From NCBI GenBank assembly GCA_937888635.1, contig CALARG010000021.1, positions 1 to 61,258 on the forward strand: a stretch of 61,258 nt of DNA, read 5' to 3'. The position numbers and the translations under genes are program-made. Numbering within the stretch: the stretch's first letter is position 1; every line of letters starts with the position of its first letter. The stretch comes from an uncultured Alphaproteobacteria bacterium. GTDB taxonomy: Bacteria; Pseudomonadota; Alphaproteobacteria; Rs-D84. The notes beneath the pieces were generated by a model. The model saw only the letters and a program-made list of their open reading frames with translations, did no database searches and had not been told where the DNA came from. Positions 26,962 through 35,006 of the stretch are shown one piece after another.

Positions 26962-26988
26962 AAAAAATCCCCCACTTGGGGGGATTTT
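26962..26988. terminator. Bidirectional terminator (serves gene 26989-27747)
   Basis: ATCCCCC-ACTT-GGGGGGAT flanked by A6 and T6. Confidence 0.7.
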
Positions 26989-27747
26989 TTATCGCCTGTT
27001 ATCCTGATACTGCCGTTCTTTCTGTTGCGCCTCTTCATACCCTTTACGAATTCCTGCCTGCAAAACATCTAAGCATTTCTGAAATCTCTTTTTCTTACCC
27101 AAATCTTTATATTGAGAACATTTATATTTATCGCCCGCATCATCCACTTCATCAACTTCTGTTTTTCCAGAACTAGACAACATAACCGAAAAATCCTTTG
27201 CCAACTGCTTGCGCAATTCGGTCGTCAAATTTGCACCATTATTTGACGAATTATAAATTGTCGTCAAATTTCCATTCAAACATTCAAAAACCTTTAATGT
27301 TGATATTTCGCGATTACAATCATAAACACCCGCCATATGAATATTAGGATTACCTGATTCAAAACGCTCGCTGCCCCCTGATGAAGAAGACGAACCGCCA
27401 CTTGACCCAGATGATGCGCCCTTGGCCTCTAACGAAGTGGTTAAAATCGCCTTTTCCAGTTGCGTTTTCAATCTGCGCAACATAGATTCCATTTGTTCAT
27501 ATTGCTTATACATCTGTTGTGTAATAACCGTTGTCTTCATCGCAATAACATCACGCATCAGTCCCTTGTCCGCGCCAGATGGATTTTTCGTATTTCCGAT
27601 ATTATATGCATGCGTTGAACACAGTGCCAATTCCGCCACAATCATATCATTATCGTCGTTATCACAACCATTTTCCGCGGCAACCACCGGCACAGTCAGC
27701 AATGCCAGAACCGAAAAACCAACCAAGATATTTTTTACTTTTTTCAT
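26989..27747 (-). CDS. Secreted Cys-containing protein (252 aa), unknown family
   Basis: Signal peptide MKKVKNILVGFSVLALLTVPVVAA, a Ser/Gly linker and 7 Cys. Motif LCSTHAYNIGNT is shared with 42716-43630. Confidence 0.6.
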   Translation of the reverse strand: MKKVKNILVGFSVLALLTVPVVAAENGCDNDDNDMIVAELALCSTHAYNIGNTKNPSGADKGLMRDVIAMKTTVITQQMYKQYEQMESMLRRLKTQLEKAILTTSLEAKGASSGSSGGSSSSSGGSERFESGNPNIHMAGVYDCNREISTLKVFECLNGNLTTIYNSSNNGANLTTELRKQLAKDFSVMLSSSGKTEVDEVDDAGDKYKCSQYKDLGKKKRFQKCLDVLQAGIRKGYEEAQQKERQYQDNRR

Positions 27748-27767
27748 TATTTATTCTTTACCAACAA

Positions 27768-29918
27768 TTAAAACCCAATCTTCCTTATACACTCACCATT
27801 AGAGTTCATAGTACCATCATGCCAAATTGACTGACAATCGCACGCCCCATTAGTCCATTTACCACCACTGTTCTCACAGGCAGATCTTCGCGCCCCCCCT
27901 TCAACAGCTGATGTTAATACGTCCTTCTTTATACACCGACCCGCAACTTGATAAGAATCATCCCCGCACATACAATATGCATCATAATTATTCGATACCC
28001 ATGTTCCGCCACTATTCTTACAATCATTCACCGTCTGTGCAGTCGCAGCAACCGCTGCCCCCTCTGCGGTAATCGTAGTTTTCTCTTTACGTTTTATCAC
28101 CTTTCCATCTGTCGCATCATACCCACAGCGATCCCCATAAACACGACAACGTTTTTCTGTCTCGGACCATTCAACACGACACCCAGATTCAATCACTAAA
28201 TACTGGGCGGCGCCATCCCGTACCAGCGCATTGTCTTTCTTGTATCCTTCACACCCCTCTTTGGTACTGATTGAACCAACATATTCTGACAGACCCGTTT
28301 CCACCCATCCCACAGAATAACTAAGCGCACCACCGGTCACAAACTCGCGCTCCAGTGCCTTGGTCGTGGTACAAATCGTCTTGGGCAGTTTTTTTGTCTT
28401 AACCGCATTCATCAGACGCTGATAAGAATCTTCGTTAACTGCGCAATACTTTAATCTGTCAATATCCGTATTTCCACCCTGAACATAGCGATTACTAATC
28501 GCAAATTCTGGTGCATCCTGGGCAATAATGCGTTCCAGGGTATCTAAATCCAATGTTGCACCATTACGACTGCTGCGACGACCAAATATCGCAATAGATT
28601 CCAACGCCGATGTTGCACATCCAACACGAACCAGTTTATCACCATCATCGGCCTCGTTAATCCATTCACGCAAAACCACATCCCGATCTGTACCTGTGCC
28701 ACCAATCAATTCTGTCAATGTACAACGCGAATCATCCTGGGGCGGTACGACCATCCCGGGCGTACATTCCATTCCACCTTTGACCGCACCAACCGCAATT
28801 TTATCACCGTCTTTCTTTACATATATCGCACCCTTGACGGAACGACCATTTTTACATGTGTCCTCGGTATAATGACCTTCTTGGTGTTTCCCGCCTGATG
28901 TATCTGTGGTACACATAAACTTGCCCCACTGATTACAGGCGCCACTTAACATCATAATAACATCCGAAACATCCGCACCAACCGCCAACGCCATTTCCAG
29001 ACCTTCGTAGGCCTCGTCTACAATCGCATCATACGGGTCAAAGAATCCCATTGCCTTTTGCTTGAAAATTTTCACGCGTTTTGGACCCGAACAGTTATTT
29101 CCACGCGTATCACAGCCTGCATATGTAAAGATATCTTGCATTGTTGCATTCAGTGTTTTTAACGCAACCTCGGCATTTTCAATTTTAGTTAAAATCTGAC
29201 CTGAAATTTGATTGCGCATCAAAACATCCGCAGAAACACCCTTCTCTATCGCCTCTGCCTGGGCATCACTAACATTTGACAAACTCTGCGACGCTGCCGC
29301 CTGGGCCTGTGCCTGGGCGGTTGCCGCGGCCGCCGCCTGGGCCTGCGCCTGGGCTGCTAATGCTTTTTGTTCATCCAGTGCCGCCTGCATTTGCTGCATC
29401 TGTTGTGCGTTTTGCTGTTGCATTTCATATTGCATCTGCTGCATTTGTTGCTGCATCTGCTGCATCTGGGCACTGTTCTGTGCTGCTGCCGCCTGGGCCG
29501 CTGCATTTTGCGCCGCCAACTGCTGTTGCTGTACCTTGGCATTTGCATCGGCCACAATTTGTGCAGATATATAATCCACTAAATCATTGCCATGCTTTTT
29601 ACATGTATCATTACTGTTAACGCACCCCTCAACAATCGTTCGCGCAATATCCATCGTTGTACATCCCGCACACTTTGGCTGTGCACAACGCAAAATCAGC
29701 GAATTACAATTACCAAAATCCGCCTTTGGCTTTTGCCCAACCGCACCAGTTGCCTGGGTACGACTGTTCATTATTTGATTCCAATTATTATTATTTGTTG
29801 CACCACTGTCCCCATTCCATGCGGTCAAATTACTGCCCGCAGTTGTTGCAACATTCGCACCCGCGACGCCCGGCATCGCGCACAAAACCAACAATAAAAA
29901 AGACGTCAGCAATTTCAT
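27768..29918 (-). CDS. Large secreted Cys-rich protein (716 aa) with a Gln/Ala-rich low-complexity segment
   Basis: Signal peptide MKLLTSFLLLVLCAMPGVAGA, a Q/A tract (QQMQQQMQQMQYEMQQQNAQQMQQMQ..AQAQAQAAAA), and C-terminal Cys-rich modules (CKNSGGTW..CMCGDDSYQVAGRC; CENSGGKW..CDC..GEC). Confidence 0.7.
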   Translation of the reverse strand: MKLLTSFLLLVLCAMPGVAGANVATTAGSNLTAWNGDSGATNNNNWNQIMNSRTQATGAVGQKPKADFGNCNSLILRCAQPKCAGCTTMDIARTIVEGCVNSNDTCKKHGNDLVDYISAQIVADANAKVQQQQLAAQNAAAQAAAAQNSAQMQQMQQQMQQMQYEMQQQNAQQMQQMQAALDEQKALAAQAQAQAAAAATAQAQAQAAASQSLSNVSDAQAEAIEKGVSADVLMRNQISGQILTKIENAEVALKTLNATMQDIFTYAGCDTRGNNCSGPKRVKIFKQKAMGFFDPYDAIVDEAYEGLEMALAVGADVSDVIMMLSGACNQWGKFMCTTDTSGGKHQEGHYTEDTCKNGRSVKGAIYVKKDGDKIAVGAVKGGMECTPGMVVPPQDDSRCTLTELIGGTGTDRDVVLREWINEADDGDKLVRVGCATSALESIAIFGRRSSRNGATLDLDTLERIIAQDAPEFAISNRYVQGGNTDIDRLKYCAVNEDSYQRLMNAVKTKKLPKTICTTTKALEREFVTGGALSYSVGWVETGLSEYVGSISTKEGCEGYKKDNALVRDGAAQYLVIESGCRVEWSETEKRCRVYGDRCGYDATDGKVIKRKEKTTITAEGAAVAATAQTVNDCKNSGGTWVSNNYDAYCMCGDDSYQVAGRCIKKDVLTSAVEGGARRSACENSGGKWTNGACDCQSIWHDGTMNSNGECIRKIGF

Positions 29919-30005
29919 ACTCTCTCTATTACACCAATTCTAACACAAAAAGGAAATATATAAAAGTTATTTTTTCACACCCCTGCAACAAAAAAAAAGA
30001 CAATG

Positions 30006-30089
30006 ACATAGATGCGCAGTTGTTGGCAAGCGTAGTGTACATAACGCTACACGAGCGAGCCAACAACAAGCAGATATGCCATTAGATTT
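30006..30089. repeat. Hairpin repeat: conserved core GTAGTGTACATAACGCTAC inside a 9-bp perfect outer stem, plus an 18-mer AGATATGCCATTAGATTT abutting a stop codon
   Basis: Outer stem GTTGTTGGC (30019-30027) / GCCAACAAC (30059-30067), core 30032-30050, 18-mer 30072-30089. Confidence 0.6.
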
Positions 30090-30502
30090 TATTTTTTGCA
30101 CCAAGGTTGACGACGACCACCACTATACCTGCGCGCTAACTTTTCACGCACCAAAACTTCACCAACATCGCGCCCATCGGGCAAAATCGCATTTGCATCA
30201 ATCCGCCCCAGATATTTATCGTCTTTGATATTTTCCAGTTCTATTTTCGCACCGCGTGGCAATAATTTTTCCAACCGCCCGCGCGCACGACGCGCCATCT
30301 TTGATTCAGACGCACATTCACCATTCATCTCGGGCGTATCAACATTTATCAGACGAACACGCACGGTTATATCAACCCCATCGGCAACACCAACACGCGC
30401 TGCAAATGTATCACCATCCAGAACATAGTCCACCACCGCCGGCACCGCATAAGACGCCCAACATACAAACACCCCGAAAATCGCAACCACCAGATGTTTC
30501 AT
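30089..30502 (-). CDS. Secreted staphylococcal-nuclease-like (thermonuclease) protein
   Basis: Signal peptide MKHLVVAIFGVFVCWASYA. DGDTF...VRLINVDTPE...KYLGRI are SNase-fold motifs. Its ATG directly abuts the tolB stop (TAAATG). Confidence 0.8.
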   Translation of the reverse strand: MKHLVVAIFGVFVCWASYAVPAVVDYVLDGDTFAARVGVADGVDITVRVRLINVDTPEMNGECASESKMARRARGRLEKLLPRGAKIELENIKDDKYLGRIDANAILPDGRDVGEVLVREKLARRYSGGRRQPWCKK

Positions 30503-31819
30503 TTACGGCAACTTTGGCGACCATGTTGGTTCGGTCCCGTTTACACCATCAGGCAATTCAATATCATAGAAATTCTGACCTGTTATATCAACACTGCGAA
30601 TATGGCTGATACGATCAATGCCATCTAAATGTTTTTCCGTTTCATAGTAAACAATGCGACGCGACCCCGGTGCCCAAGATGGCGCCTCCATAAACCAGCC
30701 ACCCGCTAAAATCTTTTCATTGCGACCCAGCGGGTCCATAATACCAACATAGAATGTATCATCCGCAATTTTTGTAAAGGCAATAAATTGACCATCTGGC
30801 GACCATGCCGGCGTTGCATAGCGCCCAGAACCATATGTTATGCGTTCAACTTCGCCTGTCTCTAAATCCAAAATATGAATCTGCTGCCGCCCTGAACGGT
30901 CTGAATTAAATGCCATCTTTTTACCATCTGGGGAATAAGAAGGACTGGTATTAATAGAATTACCAAATGTCAATTGGCGCAATTCATTTGTTTCCAGATT
31001 AAATTCATAAATATGTGTAATACCATTTTTCACCAAGGATATCGCCACACGCGACCCATCCGGCGAGAAACGCGGCGCAAAGTTCATTCCACCAAACTGC
31101 CCCAGACGACGCTGTTCCCCAGTGTCCAGATTCAAACTCCACACCATTGGATCATCATTATAATAAGACAAGAAAACAATAGACTGCATATTTGGCGAAA
31201 AGTGCGGCGACATAACCATCGCACCCGCATCTGACAGATATCGCATACCTGCCCCGTCTTGATCCATAATCGCCAACCGCTTTACACGATTTGACATATC
31301 GCCCGTTTCTGCAATAAACACAATCTGCGTATCAAAATAACCAATTTCACCAGTCAACCGTTCATAAATCGCATCGGCCATAATATGCGCCAGACGACGC
31401 GCTGTCTTGCGCGTTGCAACCAGGGATTGCGCCTCTATCTGTTCACGCCCGTTAACATCCCAGACAAAGAAATCCAATTTATACCGGTTATCAGATTCCG
31501 CCGTCAATTTTGCCTGAACCAAGACCTGGGTTTTTATCGCCGCCCACGACTTAAAGGTCGGCATTGCATGCATCTTGACATATTCCGGAAAGGCATCGTG
31601 ATTTACAATACGAAACAACCCCGTACTTTTTAAATCATTTTCAACCACCCCACGCATCATTGACGCAACCTTGGCCGGGACATCGTCGCCCACCTCAAAC
31701 TTCTGAACTGCGATTGAAATCGGTTCGGCCGCACCGGCAATAATATCAACCTTTAATTCAGCACGCGCCGGCATTGCAACCACCAACGCAACCAACGCCG
31801 CAAAAACATGTCTCAGCAT
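30503..31819 (-). CDS. tolB: Tol-Pal system periplasmic beta-propeller protein TolB
   Basis: Signal peptide MLRHVFAALVALVVAMPARA, TolB N-domain, and repeated ..SPxxSPDGxxxAF.. propeller blades. Start trimmed to Met32. Confidence 0.9.
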   Translation of the reverse strand: MLRHVFAALVALVVAMPARAELKVDIIAGAAEPISIAVQKFEVGDDVPAKVASMMRGVVENDLKSTGLFRIVNHDAFPEYVKMHAMPTFKSWAAIKTQVLVQAKLTAESDNRYKLDFFVWDVNGREQIEAQSLVATRKTARRLAHIMADAIYERLTGEIGYFDTQIVFIAETGDMSNRVKRLAIMDQDGAGMRYLSDAGAMVMSPHFSPNMQSIVFLSYYNDDPMVWSLNLDTGEQRRLGQFGGMNFAPRFSPDGSRVAISLVKNGITHIYEFNLETNELRQLTFGNSINTSPSYSPDGKKMAFNSDRSGRQQIHILDLETGEVERITYGSGRYATPAWSPDGQFIAFTKIADDTFYVGIMDPLGRNEKILAGGWFMEAPSWAPGSRRIVYYETEKHLDGIDRISHIRSVDITGQNFYDIELPDGVNGTEPTWSPKLP

Positions 31820-31953
31820 ATTTGGTCCTTTCCTTTTATATACACAAGCAATTTTAAACACACATTTAAGAAAAATCAAACCAAATGACACACAATACAC
31901 CCGACCACACACCCGCCATCACAGCCGCAAATACAAGCGTATTTATATTTGTA

Positions 31954-31989
31954 TTGACAAATGTATTTACAATGGTATAGTTCATTGTA
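31954..31989 (+). promoter_or_regulatory. Promoter with an overlapping 7-bp inverted repeat (candidate operator) upstream of the BrnA-like gene
   Basis: TTGACA (31954-31959), 16 nt, TATAGT (31976-31981). TACAATG (31968-31974) / CATTGTA (31983-31989) bracket the -10. Confidence 0.45.
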
Positions 31990-32008
31990 ATTACCGCTGT
32001 ATTGCGGT

Positions 32009-32251
32009 ATGTATGGAGGTGCGTATATGCCAAATGTTATGCAACAATTATTTGTAATGAATATGGAATCCTTGCTGCGCGAATATGCTGCGTACAAGGC
32101 TTTTAATAAATCTGATTGCGTAATCAACATGCGCATTCCGCGCCCTATTCTGGACAAGATAAAAGAACTGGCTGAAACCCAGCATGTCCCATATCAGTCA
32201 TTGATATCATCTGTTTTGTATTCCCTGGCCAACCTGGACGATAAAAAATAA
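32009..32251 (+). CDS. CopG/RHH BrnA-like antitoxin-family protein
   Basis: C-terminal ...INMRIPRPILDKIKELAETQHVPYQSLISSVLYSLA resembles the BrnA family. The start may be Met7 (32027). Confidence 0.6.
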   Translation: MYGGAYMPNVMQQLFVMNMESLLREYAAYKAFNKSDCVINMRIPRPILDKIKELAETQHVPYQSLISSVLYSLANLDDKK

Positions 32252-32276
32252 CCACAAAAAAACTGAGAGAGACACC

Positions 32277-33212
32277 ATGCCCGCGCCATCAAAACCAGAA
32301 ATCTTTGCAACACTAAATGCAAAACGCATAAAAACAGACGACCAATTAACCCTGTTTCCTGAAACACATCCCCACAACACATGCAACGAATATTGGCTGT
32401 ATTCTGACCTGCATAATTTGTATGGCGAAATACTATTTCCCACCCAGCCTTCATTCAGCGCACACATATGGCAAAACATGGTTATGCCCAGCACCCCAGA
32501 ACCAACACGCGCATTCCCAAAACTGCAACCAACAAATATAGAATTTTACAACAACCACATTGCATTGATTACCCATCCATACACACTGGACAACCGTCAC
32601 TTCAAAAGTTCCAAAGACTTTAAATTATCCCGCTATGCATGTTGGTGTATGTCGCGCAGTAATCCAAACATGATTTTTTCGCGAACATATTTTATTGCAC
32701 CAATAATTGACCCACACATGTCTTTTGAACAAATGAACGCATACTGCTATCAATTTGCACGCATACATTTACGCGAACAACTGTCACGCCAAGAAAAAAT
32801 TATAAACGCAATCGCATACAAAAACAAAATAGACTTTAATGAATTCAGACGCATTAACCGCGCCGCATTGTTTGCCGACCACAGCAAATCACACATCGCC
32901 GCACGAAACGATTTTTACATATCACGCAACACACCACTGGCCGACCACATGGGCGCCGCAACATTATACACCCGCACCCAGGCACTAGAAAACGCAATCG
33001 CGAAAATAAATCACACCCAGCCGATTAATTCTAGAAAAATTCTGGAAATCATATTCACCGAACTAGACAACGCGCGAATCAATATGACAAAAAATCTACA
33101 CATCCGACCAGAAGATGACATATCCCGAATTCCCGTTCAAAAAACACAATCACTGTTAATGCAAACCGAACGTGACTTTATAAACAAATATGCACATCAA
33201 AAAATGAGATAA
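32277..33212 (+). CDS. DinD/RhuM-like protein (311 aa)
   Basis: KLSRYACWCMSRSNPNMIFSRTYFIA and LADHMGAATLYTRTQ resemble E. coli DinD segments LSRYACYLVVQNGDP..GQTYFA and LDHMGSTELAANLF (recalled from memory). Confidence 0.5.
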   Translation: MPAPSKPEIFATLNAKRIKTDDQLTLFPETHPHNTCNEYWLYSDLHNLYGEILFPTQPSFSAHIWQNMVMPSTPEPTRAFPKLQPTNIEFYNNHIALITHPYTLDNRHFKSSKDFKLSRYACWCMSRSNPNMIFSRTYFIAPIIDPHMSFEQMNAYCYQFARIHLREQLSRQEKIINAIAYKNKIDFNEFRRINRAALFADHSKSHIAARNDFYISRNTPLADHMGAATLYTRTQALENAIAKINHTQPINSRKILEIIFTELDNARINMTKNLHIRPEDDISRIPVQKTQSLLMQTERDFINKYAHQKMR

Positions 33213-33217
33213 TAAAA

Positions 33218-33248
33218 AGAACCGGCACATTTGCCGGTTTTTTATTTT
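33218..33248. terminator. Bidirectional terminator
   Basis: ACCGGCA-CATT-TGCCGGT followed by T6. Confidence 0.7.
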
Positions 33249-33619
33249 TGTTTTACAAAAGATTCTAACTTTTTACCACGCGCCAACTGTTTTACAACAT
33301 TGCAACTTTCGTCAATCACAACAACATCACCCGAATCCACAACCACAACATTGTCCCGCATACCACGAACCATCTGCTTTACACCATTCTTGTTCACAAA
33401 TATAACATCATGCCCAGACGCAGACGGTTGCGCACTTAGCACAAACAAAGTATCACGCCATGCACTGGCATCTTGTTGCACAGTTCTGACCTTGTCGTCC
33501 TCAAAATCTGCCACACGCGCACTGGGATTACCGACCATAAAACTGCCCGCTGCACGCCCCACAATCGCCAAGCAAAAACCAAATAAAAAATAGTTTAACT
33601 TATCTTTTTTCAAACTCAT
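33242..33619 (-). CDS. Small membrane-anchored hypothetical protein (125 aa)
   Basis: Start trimmed to MSLKKDKLNYFLFGFCLAIVGRAAG (one TM). No family recognised. Confidence 0.45.
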   Translation of the reverse strand: MSLKKDKLNYFLFGFCLAIVGRAAGSFMVGNPSARVADFEDDKVRTVQQDASAWRDTLFVLSAQPSASGHDVIFVNKNGVKQMVRGMRDNVVVVDSGDVVVIDESCNVVKQLARGKKLESFVKQK

Positions 33620-33738
33620 GTTATATATCCTTATATTTTTTACCGAAAAAAATGCCAGCCTATAATATATAAAAAATAAACCAATGCAACAAAAAACGCC
33701 ACAACAGGTGGCGTTTCCTAGGGCCATATAAACAAGAC

Positions 33739-34872
33739 CTAAAACCAACTTTTTTTATCAGACTTCATTTCTGCAAATTCAGCCAAGATCTTCTTTTGTT
33801 TATCCGTTAACTTTGTTGGGATTTTAATCGCAATATCTATGTACAAATCCCCATATGCCCCCGCACGACGAACCGATGGCATACCATGCCCACGCACACG
33901 CAACTTTTCGCCAACCTGGGTACCGGCTGGAACTTTGACTGATAATTTCTTCTCATCAATTGTTTCAACTTCAATCTCGCCCCCCAGGGCCAGTGTTGTA
34001 AACGGAACATCCATACGCATAACCAGATCGTTTCCCTGACGCTCAAAGCGTTTATCTGGACGAATCCGCACATCTAAATAGAAATCACCTGCCGGTGCAC
34101 CGTTTGACCCCGCCTCGCCCTGACCGGCCAGACGCAGACGCGCGCCATCTTCAATACCCGCGGGAATCTTTACCTCTAATGTGCGCTGTTTATGCTGTGT
34201 CCCTGTACCATCACACGCGCTGCATTTTTTACTAATCTTTCTGCCTAAACCATTACATTCTGGACACGGCGTCTCCATCGCAAAGAACCCCTGGCGCGTA
34301 TGCACAAATCCACTGCCCCCACAACGCGAACAGACCGGCGCCGGCTTGCCATCGGCCGTACCATGCCCATGACATTTTTCACATTCTACATTACTGGAAA
34401 ACTTAACCGTATGCGTTTTGCCAAAATAAGCATCTTTTAAATCAATAACAACTTCGTCTAATAAATCACGTCCACCGCGCTGTTGCGCCGCGCGCCCAGA
34501 CGCACCACCGCCAAAGTCGCCAAATCCAAATCCACGCATAGCCTCGCGCAGAATGTCTTCCATACCTGCGCCACCACCCATATTAAAGTGAAACGCGCCA
34601 TCACCGAATGGATTACCACCACCAAAGCCAGCACCCGCCCCATTACCATTTGCAAATGCCGCATCACCGAATCGGTCATAGGCCGCGCGCTTTTGCGGGT
34701 CTTTTAGAATATCAAACGCATTATTAACTTCCTTGAACTTTTCTTCTGCATCTTTATTATCTGGATTTCTGTCTGGATGATATTTCATCACCAACTTATG
34801 ATACGCCTTTTTAATATCAGCATCTGACGCATCACGGGCCACGCCCAAGACTTCGTACGGGTTTTTATTCAT
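33739..34872 (-). CDS. dnaJ: Chaperone DnaJ
   Basis: J-domain with HPD (KYHPDRNP), a G/F region and four CxxCxGxG zinc-finger repeats. Confidence 0.95.
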   Translation of the reverse strand: MNKNPYEVLGVARDASDADIKKAYHKLVMKYHPDRNPDNKDAEEKFKEVNNAFDILKDPQKRAAYDRFGDAAFANGNGAGAGFGGGNPFGDGAFHFNMGGGAGMEDILREAMRGFGFGDFGGGASGRAAQQRGGRDLLDEVVIDLKDAYFGKTHTVKFSSNVECEKCHGHGTADGKPAPVCSRCGGSGFVHTRQGFFAMETPCPECNGLGRKISKKCSACDGTGTQHKQRTLEVKIPAGIEDGARLRLAGQGEAGSNGAPAGDFYLDVRIRPDKRFERQGNDLVMRMDVPFTTLALGGEIEVETIDEKKLSVKVPAGTQVGEKLRVRGHGMPSVRRAGAYGDLYIDIAIKIPTKLTDKQKKILAEFAEMKSDKKSWF

Positions 34873-35006
34873 CGTTATTTTCCATATGGTTTGTTGTTAA
34901 CAAATATATAGTCGCCCACAACAAAAATTCAACCCCAAAATAAGATTTAGGCAGAAATTCTTTGGGCTTGCACAAAATTCAAAAATGTTTTAATAATAAT
35001 ATCACT

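Noticed and set aside
26504-26988. A protein-coding gene in the 485-bp plsC-downstream spacer (ORF 26868-27068).
   Set aside because: That ORF translates palindromic units and the terminator. The region is better explained as a MITE-like element.
29212-29620. Several 70-120-aa ORFs in alternative frames and on the other strand over the Q/A tract (Cys/Ala-rich or Leu/His-rich translations).
   Set aside because: They are a frame artefact of the CTGCAT/CTGCTG micro-repeat DNA inside the 716-aa gene.
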